From a virus (lineage: Duplodnaviria > Caudoviricetes): 36,081 bases of DNA. Below, one piece after another: positions 33,601-36,081 of this stretch (positions are counted from its first letter, which is position 1; the number at the start of each line of letters is the position of its first letter). The notes beneath the pieces were generated by a model. It was not told the DNA's origin and made no database searches. It saw nothing but the letters and a program-made list of their open reading frames with translations. Made by a program: the position numbers and the translations under genes. Location of the stretch: positions 1-36,081 of IMG/VR virus record IMGVR_UViG_3300030330_002482. One strand, given 5' to 3'.

Positions 33601-35858
33601 CTGTACGTGATGAGATCGGTAACGTTGAGACCAATGATCCCCACAGAAGTATCACTCGCGAAGGTCTAGATTCCTTCCTATCTGATGCTGGCGCTGTTGT
33701 GCCTATCACCAGCACATCACATTCCTCTGGTTCTCTTTCGATTGTTTGTGATAGAGATCACGGATTTGGTGGTGTATCTGGTATTCAGAGTCTAACTGGT
33801 GGTACTAATCTTGGTACTAACAGTGGATCTGCCGAGTTCTACTATAACGTAAGAGCAGAAGGTGGTACTGGTAGAGGTCTGACTCTTGATGTTACTGTTG
33901 CTGCTTCGAGTACAATCAGTGCTGTAACACTTAACAACCCAGGTTCTGGTTACAATGTCAACGATCTACTAACAATCAGGGGGATTCCTTTCCACACCTC
34001 TGGTACTGATTGTACTATTGGTGTCTCTGCTATCGCTAATCCTGTTGGCGATGCTGTACAAATCGTAGGCGTAGGAAGCACAGCGTATGACGGAACACGA
34101 AGAATCCAAAGCGTCACAAATAGTACCACATTCACAGTCGAAGGGTCCGCTGATGGTCCTTCGTCCGGTGGATATGTTTACCACGTTGGTGTTACAACTA
34201 CGGTCACTGCTCTTGATTATAGTAAAGAAAGTGGTATAGGTACAGTAACACTAAGCAGTGATATTGGTCTACGTCGTGGCGACCGTATTGTTATTAGTGG
34301 TTCTGATGCCTTCTACAACGGCACACACTTCATCACCGATAAAGTAAGTGGCACACAACTATTTGTAGACTTTGGTAAGAATTCTACGAAACCATCATTT
34401 ACTGCTAGTAACGTAAATGCTCATGCTGAGGGTATCAATCTAAGAGGAGATGGTCGTGGTATTCCAATCTATGGAGGACACACATCACTTCTAAGCAGTG
34501 GTATTTCGACTACTTCTACATCGTTTACAATTCCTACTGCTGATAGAGGCAATCTACGTCGCGGAGACTTCCTCCAGATCGATGATGAGATCGTAATGGT
34601 CTCTAACAGCAACGTTACCACGATTATTCGTGGTGTGATGGGAACAAATGCTGATGAGCATCTTGTTAATGCTGCCGTAAGAAAGATCAAGGTTCTACCT
34701 ATTGAATCTAGAAGATATTCTATCTTGCGTGCTTCTGGTCATACCTTCGAATATGTTGGTTTTGGTCCTGGTAACTATTCTACTGCGATGCCGCAGGTTC
34801 AGGATAGAAGAAGAAGTGAACGTGAAGAACTAATTTCACAATCTGTTCAGCACCGTGGTGGATTTGTAGTCTACTCTGGTATGAATGATGAGGGTGACTT
34901 CTACATCGGTAAACTCAAGATTGAGGCAGGATCGAGTGAAATTACATCGATCATTCCTCCAAGAGGTGGCGACACTACTATCGAACAAGCAGAGTTCCCA
35001 GTAGATGTTACATTTAATAGTGTAACAGTTAACAACAGTTTTCAGTCTAATGGTGATACTGAAATCATTGATTTGCTACTAAGAGGTAACAGATCTGGTG
35101 ATATCGGTAAGAGTGTTTATGTTGGTATTAAAGATGGTAATGGCGTACCAACCAGCAATATTGACAGCATCCTATTCAGAACATCGTTCGGTTCGGGTGG
35201 TTATCTAGGTTGGGTTAGAACCACTGGTGGTTGGAGAAGATTTGGTCCTATCTCTAAGTCTGCCACCGCAGAAAACTATAAGATCGACCAACTAGAAGTT
35301 ACTGGTGACACCACACTTACAGATACAACTGTCAATGGTGACATCACCAACAATGGTGATATCACAAGCACGGGAACAGTAACTGCTAATACATTTGTTG
35401 GTAATGGCATCACACCTGTTGGCGGCATTATCCTGTGGTCTGGTGCTACTAACGCTGTTCCTGGTGGATGGTCACTATGTAATGGTAGCAACGGCACGCC
35501 AGACTTGAGAGCTCGATTCGTTGTTGGTGCTGGCAGTGGATACTCTGTTGATGCTACTGGCGGTTCTGCTAATGCTGTAGTTGTTACTCACGATCACACC
35601 GCAACATCGACCTCTACATCTGTAGTTACTGATCCCGCTCACGCACACACCCAAAGTGGTGGAGGAACTGATGATGATGGCGGTTCCAATGTTCCAGGTA
35701 GTGGCAGCAGTGGTACTCAGAGTAACATTAACTCAAATACCACTGGTATTACAGTCGATACCACTACGACCACTACCGTCGATCCCGAAGGTGAGTCTGG
35801 AACTAACAAGAACCTACCACCATATTATGCTCTAGCATACATCATGCGTACCACTTGA
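30606..35858 (+). CDS. Large virion structural/tail-fibre protein with C-terminal tail-collar domain
   Basis: MPLSRLENFLKN...RPFKSIQRALIEAARF start; HG-type beta repeats; PVGGIILWSG...GWSLCNG...TPDLR.RFVVGAG...NLPPYYALAYIM end. Confidence 0.85.
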   Translation: MPLSRLENFLKNVTGNVIYVNPEELDATDDISNTGNSRTRPFKSIQRALIEAARFSYQIGANNDRFDKTTIVVSPGTHYIDNRPGLRINTSGTLTDVNGTSDIIDQFGVGTNFDIQDPNNVLYKFNSAHGGVIMPRGTSIVGQDLRKTKIKPKFVPKPDNDAIDPTSIFRVTGGCFFFGFSFFDGDPNDRVFRDYTTNVYAPNYSHHKLTCFEYADGVNQISGQGNTDLDMYYQKLTLGYGTNSGRALPNYPANTDFEATVDESRIVGAISQIGALTISDIYSGANPTDNVATPIVTVVTQTSHGFNVGTPILITGIDDADYDGSYIVSQVLSDTSFTYSVPATPTSTATPNLSGKSPAVKIESDTVGSASPYIFNCSIRSVFGMNGMHADGAKATGFKSMVVAQFTGIALNKDDNAYVKYNTTTGAWEDQVALGSAVSLHTDSLAKHRPGWENCHVRVSNNGIIQAVSVFAIGYAKHFLAESGGDMSITNSNSNFGAKALQADKCRFEAFLKDDKGYITEIQVPQRIGDKQNKVNYLPLDVAKTAAAVNTRLYLHEYDQKSNVPPTGINGFVFGNKVGETIEVGVGDTSFATTVLMPVPQAAASERVSARKEHFVGRVSGINSITGNTFTLRDEHKFLNGEKVRVYSEDGALPDGLEYNREYFAVTDGLAGDQIRLASTFNNALAGTNISGINNLGGDLRVVSTVAGKEPGEPGHPIQYDGGWYVNVGAGNSLHAIIVSNETDITPKTKTAFYTRQRDGRDNLERRYGLKLVIPQSETYASAPTAGFSIADASTVPDDTNYQNDNNTLTSETNLRSKTNVINASWSGSVGVITAENPHGLKVGQTVQIYRLKSANNTGGADNSGFNGIFEVTDVANRDTFSIGISTDPGAITEINSGIPFTFEDRTIAGAGRTFSPYFVKRDYGAASYQIHSSDEIQEFKSGSQDGIYDLTLRGYISQPTVSPFSTTSYYFGQDDIDIFPELDRDNPNPDPKSAVSYAVRDEIGNVETNDPHRSITREGLDSFLSDAGAVVPITSTSHSSGSLSIVCDRDHGFGGVSGIQSLTGGTNLGTNSGSAEFYYNVRAEGGTGRGLTLDVTVAASSTISAVTLNNPGSGYNVNDLLTIRGIPFHTSGTDCTIGVSAIANPVGDAVQIVGVGSTAYDGTRRIQSVTNSTTFTVEGSADGPSSGGYVYHVGVTTTVTALDYSKESGIGTVTLSSDIGLRRGDRIVISGSDAFYNGTHFITDKVSGTQLFVDFGKNSTKPSFTASNVNAHAEGINLRGDGRGIPIYGGHTSLLSSGISTTSTSFTIPTADRGNLRRGDFLQIDDEIVMVSNSNVTTIIRGVMGTNADEHLVNAAVRKIKVLPIESRRYSILRASGHTFEYVGFGPGNYSTAMPQVQDRRRSEREELISQSVQHRGGFVVYSGMNDEGDFYIGKLKIEAGSSEITSIIPPRGGDTTIEQAEFPVDVTFNSVTVNNSFQSNGDTEIIDLLLRGNRSGDIGKSVYVGIKDGNGVPTSNIDSILFRTSFGSGGYLGWVRTTGGWRRFGPISKSATAENYKIDQLEVTGDTTLTDTTVNGDITNNGDITSTGTVTANTFVGNGITPVGGIILWSGATNAVPGGWSLCNGSNGTPDLRARFVVGAGSGYSVDATGGSANAVVVTHDHTATSTSTSVVTDPAHAHTQSGGGTDDDGGSNVPGSGSSGTQSNINSNTTGITVDTTTTTTVDPEGESGTNKNLPPYYALAYIMRTT

Positions 35859-35864
35859 TAAATA
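35859..35864 (+). promoter_or_regulatory. T4-like late promoter core
   Basis: GATAAATA followed by an AAGGAG RBS and ATG 35891. Confidence 0.7.
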
Positions 35865-35890
35865 CACATAACAAGGAGCGTTCTACTTAG

Positions 35891-36081
35891 ATGGCATCAG
35901 TCAATAAGAAGTTCGGCATCGAGAAAGGTCTGGAAGTAGGAACAGACGCTTTAATAGTCGATGCCGATAATAATCGCACTGGTATTGGTAAGACTGATGC
36001 CAAATATGGTCTAGATGTTGCTACTACCGCTAACTTTGATGGCATTGTAGCAGCGGGTCAGGTCGGTGTTGGTTCTACTCA
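35891..36081 (+). CDS. Tail fibre-like protein, N-terminus (truncated by window edge)
   Basis: MASVNKKFGIEKGLEVGTDALIVDADNNRTGIG...LDV fibre repeat. Confidence 0.75.
   Translation, partial: MASVNKKFGIEKGLEVGTDALIVDADNNRTGIGKTDAKYGLDVATTANFDGIVAAGQVGVGST

Overview
A 36 kb segment of a T4-like cyanomyovirus genome, most likely a marine Synechococcus phage. It opens with the 3' end of psbD and an accessory island: a type II restriction-endonuclease-like ORF paired with a Mom-like DNA-modifying GNAT, an amidinotransferase, an NblA-like protein, a 2OG-Fe(II) oxygenase and an ABM monooxygenase. Next come glutaredoxin, thyX, a split carbamoyltransferase and the replication/late-transcription block (phoH, exonuclease, gp33, gp59, gp32). 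The rest is the baseplate/tail module (gp53, 48, 2, 4, 26, 51, a SleB-domain protein, CP12, gp5, fibres). The most striking feature lies in the gap of the supplied ORF track, about 6590-7215. It is a self-contained unit made of an NtcA-like box, a sigma70 promoter, two interlocked glutamine-riboswitch-like aptamers, a YRG-motif (DUF4278-like) peptide, a membrane peptide and a terminator. The second aptamer carries an entire 55-codon ORF inside its P2 loop. The second-best candidate for a new system is the endonuclease plus Mom pair. All family calls come from motif recognition by eye; no searches were run.
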